Assembly: GCA_964106915.2 (NCBI GenBank)
Contig: OZ066922.1
Source: Podarcis gaigeae
Lineage: Eukaryota
Reading direction: 5' to 3' (one strand)
Length of the DNA: 64,000 nucleotides
Under the pieces are notes generated by a model, which made no database searches, was not told where the DNA came from, and was given only the letters and a program-made list of their open reading frames with translations. The position numbers and the translations under genes are program-made. Positions 23,401 through 36,160 of this stretch are shown piece after piece (position 1 is the stretch's first letter; every line of letters begins with the position of its first letter).

Positions 23401-26400
23401 TAACTGTAAGGAGATCAGCTACACCAGCTAGGAAACCTTTTTATAATAATATGCGGGCTGGCCCACTCATGAGGCAAGGTGAGACAACTTGGGCAGCAGT
23501 GTTCACAAGGTACAGCAGATCTGGCCTCCAAGGCATGTATCACCAGCTGACACCACTGCCTTTAAAAATTAAAAAATTAAAAAATGGAAGGGCTTTCAAA
23601 TAGTGCAGTGATGTTTCTGCTCTCTGTAATTTAATAGATCAGTTTTTATATTACTTTCATTCTATTATAGTTTTGCATAGTTGCCTTATGCAAATTAAAG
23701 CAACACCGACAGAATATAGAAGGCTACAAACATATAAAAGATCATAGTTTAAAAGTAATTAAAATATGATCTTTCATATCTTTTTAGCCTTCTGTATTTT
23801 ATCAGTGTTGTTTCAATTTGCATAAGCCACAACAATAATAGTGTGGAGGTTAAAATTGCCTTTAAAATAATGGCAGTCTTTTTAAAATTCTCTTTCCAGA
23901 CCTTTTTTATTTTATGTGATAGATATTATGGAGGAAACACTGAAGGGCCAAAAGGTAAATATGGGGCTGTAGGTGGGTTGAGACAAAGTGGTACATCACC
24001 ACCCACTGCTAAGCACTGCCAGACTTCAAATTCACCCTCCGAGGCAGCTGAATTATTGGCGATTATCTCAACTGTTTTCAAATCATGCACTCAAAAGAGT
24101 AAACCTCTTTTGGAGACCTGCTGGCTGCCAGAATTTTCTGTGCAGCTTTGGCAGCAGCTGCTTACAACAGATAGACAAAGAAAAGCCACAGGCAAATGTC
24201 ACTGAAATGAAATCCATTGTTAGATAAAACCAACACTTTAAAATATACTTTTTAATAATAATTAGAGGTTTGAAAGTCTAGTCTCTGTTTGAATTGCTCA
24301 GCAGCAAATGAGGGGCTTGACCTTCAAAGCATCACTGGGTGTGATGTACCACAGCAGCTAAAAGTGTATCAAATGAGGAGAGATGGAGGATTCTTCTCCC
24401 CACTCTCCAGCCTGAATACTAAAGGTATCACCTCAAGTAGAGCAAGAAGCATAGACACCATTGGGGTGGGAGGCCAAACTTGTCCCCTGTCTACTGGGCA
24501 GGTGAGATAATTGCCCCATGCATTAGCTAACTGGGGATAACTTTTACTACCAAGTTCTGTGTGTTCTTGCTCAGTTGGCTTAGCTAGTTATTTGTTGATT
24601 TGAGGAAGTACTGTGGCTTGTGATTGGTGAGAAACTGAGAGATGGGTGCTCCTCAGCAACACCATTGGTGTAGAAGGACTGGTTCCTCACAGGTTCCTGG
24701 GAAACACAGACTGCATTCCAGCAAAGGAATAGCAACTGGACCATGTTAGTGGTGATTAATGAAGATGGGGAAAAAGGCAGCAGAGCAGGTTGTGGGGGAA
24801 AGAGGCAGTTCCGTGTGACAGGATCTTGGAGGAGGAGATCAACTCAGGCCTTGTTGCTTTAGAGGCCACCACAACGGAAATAGAAGTCTTAAATTTTAAA
24901 ATAAATTCAGCATGATCCAGTCAAAGCTAAGCAGATTTTGGGATGCAAACATGCTTAATATTGGCTGAATTCTCCTTGTGGTGTTTATCGTTCTTTATCT
25001 TTGAGCTTTAGGAGCTGATTGCCTTTGTATGTCCATTTAAGAGTGTTCCTTCATCATATCAAAGGGAGTTTAGAAAACAATTGGTGTGATTAGCATACTT
25101 ATTTGATTATAGAGATGATTGTTTCAGTGGAAGTGGGGGTTTTTCCAGTGGAAGCTCCTGCTCTGCCCCTTAAAAAGAGCAAGGAGGGAAGACAGAACTC
25201 TCCCTATGAAAGCAGATCTGACCATCTCTTGTGCTGTTGGGCTTACTGCAACATTTCTGACAATTCACACCCCATCTGCAGCCAGTAGCCAACTCCACAC
25301 CATCCTGATTCCCACCCCAATCGGATGGAGGGCCGACTGGCTGTGCTGCAAATGGCTGGACACAATACAGTGGATGCTTCGCATAACAGCAGCATCTCCA
25401 CACAGGGTCAGCCTCATGAGGAACAGGGTTCTGTTTAATTTCTACTAGGGGTGAAATTCCCTCACCGTTCTGTTGACAGCCCTCAAAGCAGAAAGAAGTG
25501 GGGGACTTTCGGGTATCAGTGCAGAGAGTTACTTTCTGCCCAAAGGCTTGCTAGTGAATTATTTCTTTCCTTTCTCTCATTATCCCATATCACAAACAAC
25601 GACTGCAACATCCTCAGGTTTAATAAAGAAGGTTTGCATTTTGAGGGGAAGAAGGAACTCACAGAAAACCACAAATCCAACATTCAGTCCCCTTTGGACA
25701 TTCTTGTGACATTCTCTGGATGTTAGTGAATGTCTTTTCTGTGTTGTAAGAGAACAGTCTGCAACTGGATGGGAATCTGTCTCGAAATGTGGGGTTGGGG
25801 TTGGGGGGGGGAGTCTTTTATGCATTCTTTTTTGAATTTTGTTTACATTTGCTCAGGTTAGTATATGTAATAAAGCATTTTCGTAGATCCATGGTGGTGA
25901 ATTAAAATTGTTGTTAATAAACTGAGTTTGGTTTGTGTTTTAAGGGTGGGGGGAGTGTGAGTATTGAGACCTCCATTTGGCAGGATTAATAGGGGCAGTA
26001 ACAGAAGCATAATTGTGGTTGTTGCTACTGGCAACTACCTTTATGTCCTGTATGAAGAGTCTGTACAAAGATATTTGAGGACCATTTTCTTTCAGTAAAT
26101 GCAGACCACATGCCAAGGACATCATAGTTAGTGATCTTAACATAGGCACTGCATCAAAGATATTAAAATTACTATTCATGTATAATAATGGAGACTTTAA
26201 AAAAAAAAAAGTTCTGAAGTGGCAAGTTATCATGAGAAAAGACATTCAGATGTCTGTCTGTTTGCAGATTAGGGAAAAATGGGAGGCAATGTGTATTAAA
26301 ACAACAGTATTACAGACTTGATTCCTCTCCCTTCTGTCATACACACAGAACTTCAATTCCTTTGTTTTCTGTAGCCTTACGATAGGATATTACACTAAGT

Positions 26401-26492
26401 ATGTCAGCATAAGTGGCCTTAAATTAAGGCTTAAAGTGGGGGGGGGGAATCCATGGAGGATGGTTCTAGCAATGGCTTTTAGTGGTAACTAA

Positions 26493-26848
26493 GGGACGCG
26501 GGTGGTGCTGTGGGTTTAACCACAGAGCCTAGGGCTTGCCAATCAGAAGGCCGGCGGTTCGAATCCCCGTGACGGGGTGAGGTCCCATTGCTCGGTCCCT
26601 GCTCCTGCCAACCTAGCAGTTCAAAAGCACGTCAAAGTGCAAGTAGATAAATAGGTACCACTCCGTCAGGAAGTAAACGGCGTTTCCGTGCACTGCTCTG
26701 GTTCACCAGAAGCAGCTTAGTCATGCTGGCCACGTGACCCGGAAGCTGTACGCCGGCTCCCTCGGCCAGTAAAGCGAGATGAGCGCCGCAACCCCAGAGT
26801 CAGTCACGACTGGAGCTAATGGTCAGGGGTCCCTTTACATTTACCTTT
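26493..26848 (+). mobile_element. Sauria SINE, full length
   Basis: GGGACGCGGGTGG head, B box GGTTCGAATCCC, body GTGCAAGTAGATAAATAGGTACC and an (ACCTTT)n tail. Confidence 0.93.
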
Positions 26849-27072
26849 AAGGAAGAAGCTGTCATCATATATAAGCAATTTGTCTTTGAGTTCCAGGTGT
26901 TCAGAATAAGCATAGGAATAATGTCTGTATTCATCTTGCTCTGTTTCTGAGCTTCTTTATGCCACTTGGCTACTTACTACATAGCAAGGTAAGATGGTTG
27001 CATCATGGCAATTCTTATTTCTGTAGGCTGCCACAAAACATGAAATGAATCAGAGGTGTTTACTATCTAGGG

Positions 27073-27210
27073 AAGCGGTTCTCAACCTGTGGGTCCCCGG
27101 ATGTTGTTGGACTACAACTCCCATCATCCCTGAGCTCTGGCCTTGCTAGCTAGGGGTGATGGGAGTTGTAGTTCAACAACATCTGGGGACCCACAGGTTG
27201 AGAAAGGCTG
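27073..27210. mobile_element. Palindromic hAT MITE
   Basis: Foldback TTCTCAACCTGTGGGTCCCC / GGGGACCCACAGGTTGAGAA; TSD ATCTAGGG/ATCAAGGG. Confidence 0.9.
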
Positions 27211-27517
27211 ATCAAGGGCAAAAGGCTGCCAACCCACTCCAAATTTGGACACTAGGCTGAAAACTGATCTGATGCTGCTTCAGAACAAAATGTGGCTGTC
27301 TATCCAGATGGAAGGCAGATGTAGGCAGGGACAATTTGTAACTATAGGAACTCATCTTGTACTTCACTTAACAAGTCTTTAGAAAGTTCCTAAGTTATAT
27401 TCCAGCAGTGACTGAAACCAAATGAGACGGCCTGTCCTATCCTAAACTCACTTATTTGGATGTGGTCCCGGCTTAAAATGATCAAATGTTCGTCACCAAA
27501 TTAATCTGTGGGGAAAC

Positions 27518-27656
27518 CAGTGTTGTTGTTTTTCAGCCAGCACTTACCAGAACTCAGTTCTGGCACCTTTCAGGTGGGCACTATTGCCATTATAAGAGAA
27601 CAAGTAAACCATTCATGGTGAGTTCTGGCACCTCTTTTTTGAGAAAAACAGCACAG
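27518..27656. mobile_element. hAT MITE
   Basis: Ends CAGTGTTGTT / AACAGCACAG, 8-bp TSD GGGGAAAC, internal repeat AGTTCTGGCACCT present twice. Confidence 0.8.
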
Positions 27657-27788
27657 GGGGAAACCATTTGTTTCAGCAGAAGCAAGGTGGTATAACTGAG
27701 CTAACATTTAGCTAAAAGTTCTAAATGCAATTTGTGGGCCCAGGCACAGTGAACCTGTGAATGCCAGGGGCAACCCAGGGACAGAGTA

Positions 27789-28525
27789 CCGTATTTTTTG
27801 CTCCACAACACACACTTTTTTCCTCCTAAAAAGTAAGGGGAAATGTCTGTGCGTCTTATGAAGCGAATGCTGCGTGGAGGAGGAACGGACGGGAGCCATG
27901 GCTCCCATCCTTCCCTCCTCTCTGGCTCGCTTCAAAGCAGCAAAGCAGGACAGGAGCTCCTTACACGGGTGTAAAGCAAGCACAGCAGGAGCTGTGTAAT
28001 CCCTCCACCTTTCTTTGCAGAAGTGTGAAATTTGAAGGGTGGCTGTGGTTTGGTCCTTGTGTTGTGTACGAAGGTGTGACTTAGGTAGGTTTGACTTTAA
28101 ATGGGAATTGAATCAGATTTCTCCCACATTCTTCCCTCATATGAAAGCCCCCAGAGCTCTCTGCAATGAACAGAAAGGAAGAAAGTCCCACTTCTTTTGG
28201 CTTTATTCAAATAATTGTGTAGGGCCAAACCATACAGTCCTTAGATCTAAGGGTCTCAATGTGGGAAGCTCATATATTTCCATTGCTTGCCCCCTTACTA
28301 GGGGATAAAGTCTCTCTTCATTTGTTAACGACAGTGATGATGGTTCTTAATGCCACTGTTGACTGCTGTTCACTTTACATGGTTGAAATATTATTCTGAT
28401 ATACCGGCAGTTTATTAAATAGTTTAGTACAACATTTGATTCAGAATATTTATTTTCTTGTCTTCCTCCTTTAAAAACTAGGTGCATCTTATGGTCAGGT
28501 GTGTCTTATAGAGTGAAAAATATGA
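27789..28525. mobile_element. Tc1/mariner-superfamily non-autonomous element (CCGTATTTTT TIR), longer version
   Basis: Both ends are the reverse complement of the ends of the element at 14846-15095. Confidence 0.82.
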
Positions 28526-28529
28526 TAAT

Positions 28530-29660
28530 AAAGAAACAATAAAGGCAGTTCTTGGGATTAAATTGGCCACAACTTTATTGAGTGCAGTTGTAATATGCTC
28601 TTGGCTTAGGTGCATATTTTGTATTAACCAGTCCAATTTGTTGGCTGATTATTCCATCATGGCTTAAGGACCACCCCATGACACACATCAAATGGAGGAG
28701 TCCCTCCAGGTTGTCATTTTGTAGAGGGTCTGAGGCCTGTCAGCCCACAACTGGATATACGGACAGAGGCTGTTAGGATATTCCATTCCACTTTAAGTAC
28801 AGGCATGACTGTTGTATGTCACATGCCTATTTACACTCCATCACAGATTTCTGGGAACTTCCATTTGTGTATAGCTATTGCTTATGCTGCTTGCTTGGAC
28901 ACAGAGGAGAGAAGACATGTTTTCATCTTATCCTGATGTATGCTGAATAAACTGCTTGTAAATATGCTCATCACAGCCTCTCCCTGCCACTTCTGTTGTG
29001 CAGCGTTATTTACTCTGCTGAGTGTGCGTGCTCAGCTTCTGAAGGCTTTGAAAACTAGAGTCGTAGTTTCATGCTGATCCAAGGACTGGAAATCGCCCGG
29101 GACACTGGCCGGTGGGCTGGGGCCACCTGGGGACCTGTCAAATGCCCTTGATTTCTTGGCTGCATCCCAACAGAGGCATCCCCACCAGACCCCTTTACTA
29201 GGGGGTCTATTTCAAAAAGTGAAAATTTGGACGCAATGCAATTCAGTGCCTTATCTGCCAACCCATTACTATGAGGCAGGCAAAAGCCCCAGACAGGTCC
29301 AATTAGTCTGCAAACAAATTCTTCCCTGGCCCCAACTATGGTGACCAAATAACTCCACAGCAAGGCCAAAACATGCCCTGCCCACTCACCCTCGGGTGTA
29401 GTGTCATAAAGGGAGGGAGGGTGGGAAATCCAATGCCAACCTCCACTGCTGGGTGCCAGCAGAGTCAGAATTTACGAGCAATTGGAGGACCTGACTGAAG
29501 CCAGGTTAGAGCTGGTCTAGAACCAGGGTGCCACCACTCCCTGCCTGCCAGCTCAAATTTAAAATCGGCAGGGAGAGTCCTGACCACCCCCCACCCCCCC
29601 AGCAGCCAATGGAGGAGCTGATTTCATCTGTTGGCTGTGCAGGAAGCCAATGGATGCTCC
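28530..29660 (-). mobile_element. Diverged copy of the structured non-coding element (family of 43902-44690), interrupted by a solo LTR
   Basis: Shares TGGCCACAACTTTATTGA, TTGGCTTAGG, GAGGCAGGCAAAA, CCAATTAG and AAAGGGAGGGAGGGTGGGAAA blocks with 43902-44690, in the same order. The right boundary is approximate. Confidence 0.75.
28771..29172 (+). mobile_element. Solo LTR, 402 bp
   Basis: TG...CA termini with short inverted ends (TGTTAGGAT / ATCCCAACA), perfect 5-bp TSD GAGGC, AATAAA at about 28946. Confidence 0.88.
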
Positions 29661-31384
29661 CAAACCTTTGGAGGCTGGGCTGGGCTGCAGTGGTCATTTC
29701 CAGTTAATGCCGGTAAGCAGTCCTTTTCTATGAAAATGGAGAATTGGAAGAAACAAGGGGGTGGGGATGGAAAGTACCCCCCCCCCCATTTTTGAAAATA
29801 TTTTTTCTTCTGCTTTTTTGGAGGGGTGCCCAAATGCCCCACCATCCAATCTGTAAATGGGCTTGCGGGCATATTCGGTTCAGCCCTGCTTTGAGTTACA
29901 AATGTGAAAGTACAGGTCTCATACTAAATATTTTACATGGATGTAGAGGAGGGGACAGATCAGCTCATGAAGGATGCAGGAAATCATTTGTAAAGTGGTG
30001 TATTTGGGGTGACGTTTGAAACCCACTGACATGTCCTTGGTGAACATCTTACATTTGTTTAAAGCACAAATAGGAAAACCTATTTTCCAACCAATATTTA
30101 TTTTGAGAAAGTGACATTTTGACTTTGCTCTGATGTTTGTTGCTGGCGGTGGTTAGACCCGCACATAGCATGTGAGACTTGGATCATTCTTGAGGCAGAA
30201 TCCTTCAAGGTTTTCTTGAATCAGGAAAAGCAGGACATTGCCAGTTGTATCTTGTAGAATAAATTATTTCCATATTAAATTATGTCTCTGCAAGTTTGAG
30301 CGGCTCATAGATTTAATTTAAGAATAATAATTTTCCAGAGCCTAGAATTTGTAGATTGTGCGTTTTATTTCCATAGCCTCACAGCTTTTACCTGTTAAAT
30401 TATTTGGATCCTGAAGTACTTTCAAGAGGAAATAAAAGCCCAGATAATTTCGCCTGCTGCAATCCACTCTTTAAATCTTTTTAAAGCTGTTAAGTGGGTG
30501 ATTCACCTGAGAGGAGAACATACCATGCTAAAGTGATTGGCTGCCCTAGGCATGCAGAAAGGGAATACAAATGAAATCTTCATGTGGTTGTCATGACTTG
30601 TTCCACTTAAAAGGGTTTCACAAGCTTTGTGCTGCTGCTTCCATACTTCATAAATGTAGGCAATTTGAAATGAAAGTCTATACACTGTACTGTCTGCAGC
30701 ATTTTAATCATAAATTGTTATAGCTGTAGAGAGTGTGGACAGCGGTTTTTCAAGGATGCAGCTTTTGTTATCTCCCAACATCCTGAAATATATGTGAGAC
30801 TGTAGAACTTGTGGCTTTGCTATCAGCCCAAATATTAACCAGTTGTTCTAGTATAGCAGTAATCCAGATTAATCTGCTTTATTCCTACACTGGCTGGCAA
30901 AACATTAAAAAAAAACCTACCCTCCCAACAGAGATTCAGTCCTTATTGGCCCCCGCTGCACCTGTTGTTTGCATTCTAAAGAAACATTTACATAATGGGT
31001 GCTGACACATCTAGTTTGCCCCCCTATCCCTTTGAATTTGAGCAAAATAATTAGTTGAAATCCATCCAGATAAATCCAGCGATGCTCCCGACATTTGGGA
31101 CCCCCTCTCTGGGTCTAGACATTGTTCTGGAGATTTCAGATCCGGGACTCTGGTAGTGAAAACAATACCCCTTTCTCTTTGTTTCCAGAACAGCAGTTTG
31201 CCAGAACAGCAGTTGAGTCTTCTCTCCACTGGGTTTCAGTAATATCTCTGTGCATGGCTAGAGGGTGGTGGGTATGGTTGCTGCTACCAATTGAGCAGTG
31301 GTCAGGCATTACACACATCCAATCAGTTCTGATCTGATAATATAAAACTTCTTGACTGTGTCCAGTCTGAGCAAGTAATTACTT

Positions 31385-31680
31385 GGGAAGGGATATGGCT
31401 CAGTGGTACAGCACATACTTCACTTGTGAAGGTCCTGGGTTCACTGGGAGAGACCCGCTCCCGATCTGAAATTATGGAGGACTTCTTTCAGACAGTGTAG
31501 ACCAGGAGTGGGGAACTTATGGCCCTCCAGATGTTGCTGAACTAGAACCCCCATCAGCACCAAGTAGCATAGCAAGTGGTCAGGGATTATGGGAATTGTG
31601 GCCCAGAGACATCTTGTTCCCCACCCTTAGTATGGACAATACTGAACTACATGGACCAGTATAAGGCAACTTACATTCCT
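31385..31680 (+). mobile_element. Old tRNA-derived SINE with a degraded palindromic hAT MITE nested at about 31503-31628
   Basis: Head TGGCTCAGTGGTACAGCAC...GGTCCTGGGTTCA. The insert resembles the 20105 MITE and is flanked by GTGTAGAC/GTATGGAC. A related SINE lies on the minus strand at about 60405-60565. Confidence 0.6.
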
Positions 31681-31772
31681 AGGTACAGCTTTCAGATAGC
31701 ATATTACTGCCGACTGGCTTAATTTGCTAGCTGCTCAGCTGCTCAGCTCAATACCTGCCTGGTTGGTATCTA

Positions 31773-32123
31773 AAGGTAAAGGTAAAGGGACCCCTGACCA
31801 TTAGGTCCAGTCGTGGCCAACTCTGGGGTTGCGGCTCTCATCTTGCTTTATTGGCCGAGGGAGCCGGTGTACAGCTTCCTGGTCATGTGGCCAGCATGAC
31901 TAAGCCGCTTCTGGTGAACCAGAGCAGCAGCACACGGAAACACTGTTTACCTTCCCGCCGGAGTGGTACCTATTTATCTACTTGCACTTTGACGTGCTTT
32001 CGAACTGCTGGGTTGGCAGGAGCAGGGACCGAGCAATGGGAGCTCACCCCGTCATGGGGTTTCAAACCGCTGACCTTCTGATCAGCAAGTGCTAGGCTCT
32101 GTGGTTTAACCAACCTGCGTCCC
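31773..32123 (-). mobile_element. Sauria SINE, full length
   Basis: Runs from an (AAAGGT)n tail to the GCGTCCC head; perfect 12-bp TSD GGTTGGTATCTA. Confidence 0.95.
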
Positions 32124-35100
32124 GGTTGGTATCTACTTTCCTGCAAACTACGGTCTCTGTTGGGCCATGCCAATTCCTTGCTGATCCAAATAGATTAGCG
32201 GGGGGCGCCAACACAAATGGCAAAGTTGAAATAATAACTGTAGTGCCAAACTCTCAACCTAGTTGTTATGCCTGCAGCTGAACTACCTTCCTCTTCTTCC
32301 CACTTTAGCAGAAGTCCCTGTTATCTGGAAGTTCCTTTCACACTTCTTATCGTTGCAGAAACCCTCAGAAGGAGATTAAAGTCTATTCTTTTTCTGCTCC
32401 ATTTGTACATTCTAATAGTTTGTAAAAAAAAATCAAAACCCTATCTTAATTAACTTCTGTTTACTAATTACATTGGCTAACCTGCAATGAAAGTAAACTC
32501 TGGTTTCATCTATTAATTTGGCTCATTTGGAGTTCAATTGCTAAGTACATAGTTTAGGAAACCTGATGGAAGAGGTGAACATATAATTTTGGGGAAAAAC
32601 ACAAAGAAACCGATCATAGCAAAGGTGAGCAACTTAAGTGATACAGGCCAACAGTGGTAGAGAGGGAGATTTGGACCCCCGAATGAGTGGTGGTTTGAGT
32701 TGTGTTGATTACTTGCATGTGTTGATGCTGTTTTCACATGTCCTGTTCGGTGTGTGAAAAGCACATTTTCATCCAAGCTATAACATGCTTTCTTTCTCGC
32801 CTGAATCTTGCTCAGCAACGTAATTGTAGGAAAGCCTTTCCTAGCTCCAAGATTCCAGATAATGTTTATAAATCAGTCCTTTCATTAAATGCCAGTGTAA
32901 AAATGCTTTGCCTATATAAAAATAACCAGCACTTGCTATTTTAAAAATGGTCTGGAGATTACAATGCTCTCAGTTGACAATTTATTGGATAGTAAATTAA
33001 ACAGGAGAAAGTTAGACCTTGATATTGAATCTCGATGTGAAATAGGGTTTCAGTAGATTATTTTCTTTAGCTATCTGGATGACATGATAAGGGAACAGAA
33101 CAAGCCCACAACAAATCCAGAGCTATCTGATATTTATTCAAGTTTATCTCCACTATCTAGCATTTAACCTGCTTTGTTGATCTTCCAAACACAACTGATT
33201 TGATTAATAGATATGATTTTTCTAACCTTATAAAAACTTATTGAGAAGACAAGAAAAAGAAAGCTGTGAAACTGAAAATCCATTAATACTGGATGATAAA
33301 TTAAGCAAGTATTTCAAAAGAAATAAGAAAAATATATTTTGAACTAGATAAATTGTCTAGGACTGTAATCCTATACACATTAGCCTGGACGTAAGTAAAA
33401 GTTGAGTAAACATTTATAGGGTTACTATATAAATAAGTATACATAATACCCAGAGACTGAAGACCTAAAAGGAATTCGCTTCACTTAGGGTGGCTTGTTG
33501 GACATGCTCACAGTTAACTCTTGAAATTCATTGTTGTCAGGAACTTAAATATATTGATTTCAAAGAGTTTACACTGAGTATGACATAGTTGGACATCACC
33601 CTTAATATCCAAGTAATCTAAAAACTGAGCACTTACCATAGTGCTCAAAATCTAACTCATAATGACTTCATTGAAATAATACTGTCATGGAAGTAGCGTG
33701 ACTAATTTTGAATTCCACTCATCAAGTGACTTTAAAGAGCCTAGAGGATATAAGGAAGTCAATGATAGGAGCCTGCAGGACCATCCCAAAATAAATATTA
33801 GGCTACATAATATACCATACTAATTAATTTCTGTTTTCACAAAGATGAAACGGAGACTTCTTAAAGAACAGATGTCACAGTCCAGCACAAGGTAAAGAAC
33901 GCTTAAGCCCATTGGGACCAAAGGTCTTAAGTACAACTAATTCTCTGCTGCATTGTGGAAAGGAACCTCACATTCTTAGCCGGGGGTGGGGTGGGAGAGA
34001 CACCTTTTTCTTTTTCATTAGATTAATGAGCATATAATGTATTCAAATAAGCTCTGTTTATTTTAATGTGCTTCTAAATTCCAGTTAGAAACAATGGATT
34101 CATTCAGGCAACGTCAAGTTGAAATCAAAGATAATCTGTACCCCTGCAGTTTAATGACAAAATGCATTAATACCAATCAAATGACAGAGAGATAGAAACT
34201 GGAAATATGACTCTCACGTGTTGTTCTTTGGTAGTGGGAGGGTCCCTCCCCAAGCTAAGTGCTATAAACAACAAAGTGGTTCTTTGAGGATGTATTTTGA
34301 TACCTCAGCCATTAAGTCATTTATTACTGCGTACTCTTTTGCCAGACCAGCAGTCACTGGCTAACAAATTTCAAAAAGTCCATAAGGGGCATGAAAAAAA
34401 TAATAATCACTACTTAGGAAAAATATCCCTAGCAGCTGCTTGGGTTGCCATCAAGTCCCTGGGCAATGTTCATATTCTCAGCCCAAATGATTGCTTTCGG
34501 CATGGACACTCCCAAACAGTCATGGCTCTGCAGCTGGAAAGATGGACAAGCCAAAAAGCCCCTTCCATCTGCCAAGCTGCAGGAGGGCAAGCTGTTTGAC
34601 AAACTATTAAATAAATCAACTGCAGAGGGGAGGAAGAGGAGAACATACAATGCACTTGACATCCTAGGAAGGAGCTCACCATGACTTCACACGTTCCCAT
34701 TTGCAAGTTAATGAACTGATGGAAGCAGCCTAGAAGCCTTTCCTCTGGGAAGAAGACTCCATGTTGGAGAGTCAAGAGTAACATCTAGTCATTATCTAAC
34801 ATTTTGTTGAACTTAACTTACTTTGTTTACTCAGAAGAGTAATAGAAGAGATAGGATGCTTACTTCCAGTAAGCATGCTTGAAGAAAGGTGAAATGGTCA
34901 TTTTCAGCTTTTCATTTTTACAAAATTAAATTCAGTTCTCCACGTTTCCAAGTCAGTCTTTAAAAAAAAAAAAAGTCCTCATGAAAATTCATCAGAATTT
35001 TAGCTCAATTTCTCCTAAAATGCACATTTTTCTCTAAAATACACATTTTTGCAAAGCAGTGTCCCCTAATTTAATGTATTCTTGAATAATCGTGAATTTG

Positions 35101-35414
35101 TATGCAGACTTTGTCCTAGAATGTACACTTTTGAAACACTTTACTTGGCTGGAGAATTTCATTGCAAAATTCAGAGAAGTGCAAAATTCAAGGAACAACT
35201 GTTTTGGGCCACACATTAGTTTGAAAAGTGCAAATTAGGGAGGTTCACCTTTAGCTGTGAACTGAATCAAATTTCTACCCCATCCCTAAGTATACCAAGC
35301 CAAGCACATATATGCATACACAGATACAAACCCCATTGGTTTCAACAGGACTTAACAGGTAATCACATATAGGATTGTAACCTAAATTATTTCTTCACAC
35401 ACAGACATGCACAC

Positions 35415-35852
35415 ACTGTTTTACAATTTTGAATACTCATTTAAACATTAAAATATCAATGACTTCCCTTCCTCTCTTTCCATTGTTAATTTTGCAAACC
35501 ATAAATCCCTGCATATTTTACATAAACTAAACCATTCAATATTCTATTATTACATCCATCAAAACTTATTTACACTGTTGAATTTATGTTAATGCTGCCA
35601 GTGTTTTCAAGTGTATACAATTACCCCCCATATATTCAGTAAACATTTTCCAATCTTCTCTAAACATATGTTCTTTTTCTCTTAATCTATATGCTAAGTC
35701 TGCAAGCTGTGCATATTCCATCAGTTTAAGTTGCCACTCTTCTTTCTTTGGGACCTCACTCATTTTCCATTTTGGGGCTAACAAAACATGGGCTGTAGTA
35801 GTGGCATACATAAATAACATGTTTTTATACCTGGGAATTTCCATCTGAATTA
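35415..35852 (-). mobile_element. L1-clade LINE 3' fragment
   Basis: ORF 35584-35856(-) reads FMYATTTAHVLLAPKWK..EVPKKEEWQLKLMEYAQLA...FREDWKMFTEY and aligns with the peptide at 9996-10322. Confidence 0.82.
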
Positions 35853-35854
35853 TC

Positions 35855-36160
35855 AATAATAATAATAATAATAATAATAATTATACCCCACCCAACTTGC
35901 TGGGCCTCCCCAGCCACTCTGGGTGGCTTTAAACAGGATATTAAAAATATGATAAAACATCAAACATTAAAAACATCCCTAAACAGGGCTGCCTTCAGCT
36001 GTCTTCTAAAAGTCAGATAGTTGCTTATTTCCTTGACATCTGATGGGAGGGTGTTCCACAGGGCAGGCACCACTACCGAGAAGGCCCACTGCCTGGTTCC
36101 CTGTGATCTCACTTCTCACAGTTAGGGAACCACCAGAAGGCCCTTGGAACCGGACATCAG
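35855..36160 (-). mobile_element. L2 LINE 3' fragment with (AAT)n tail
   Basis: Reverse complement of the 18165 family, extending into ORF2: GTTCCACAGGGCAGGCACCACTACCGAGAAGGCCC reads RAFSVVVPALWN on the minus strand. Confidence 0.85.
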
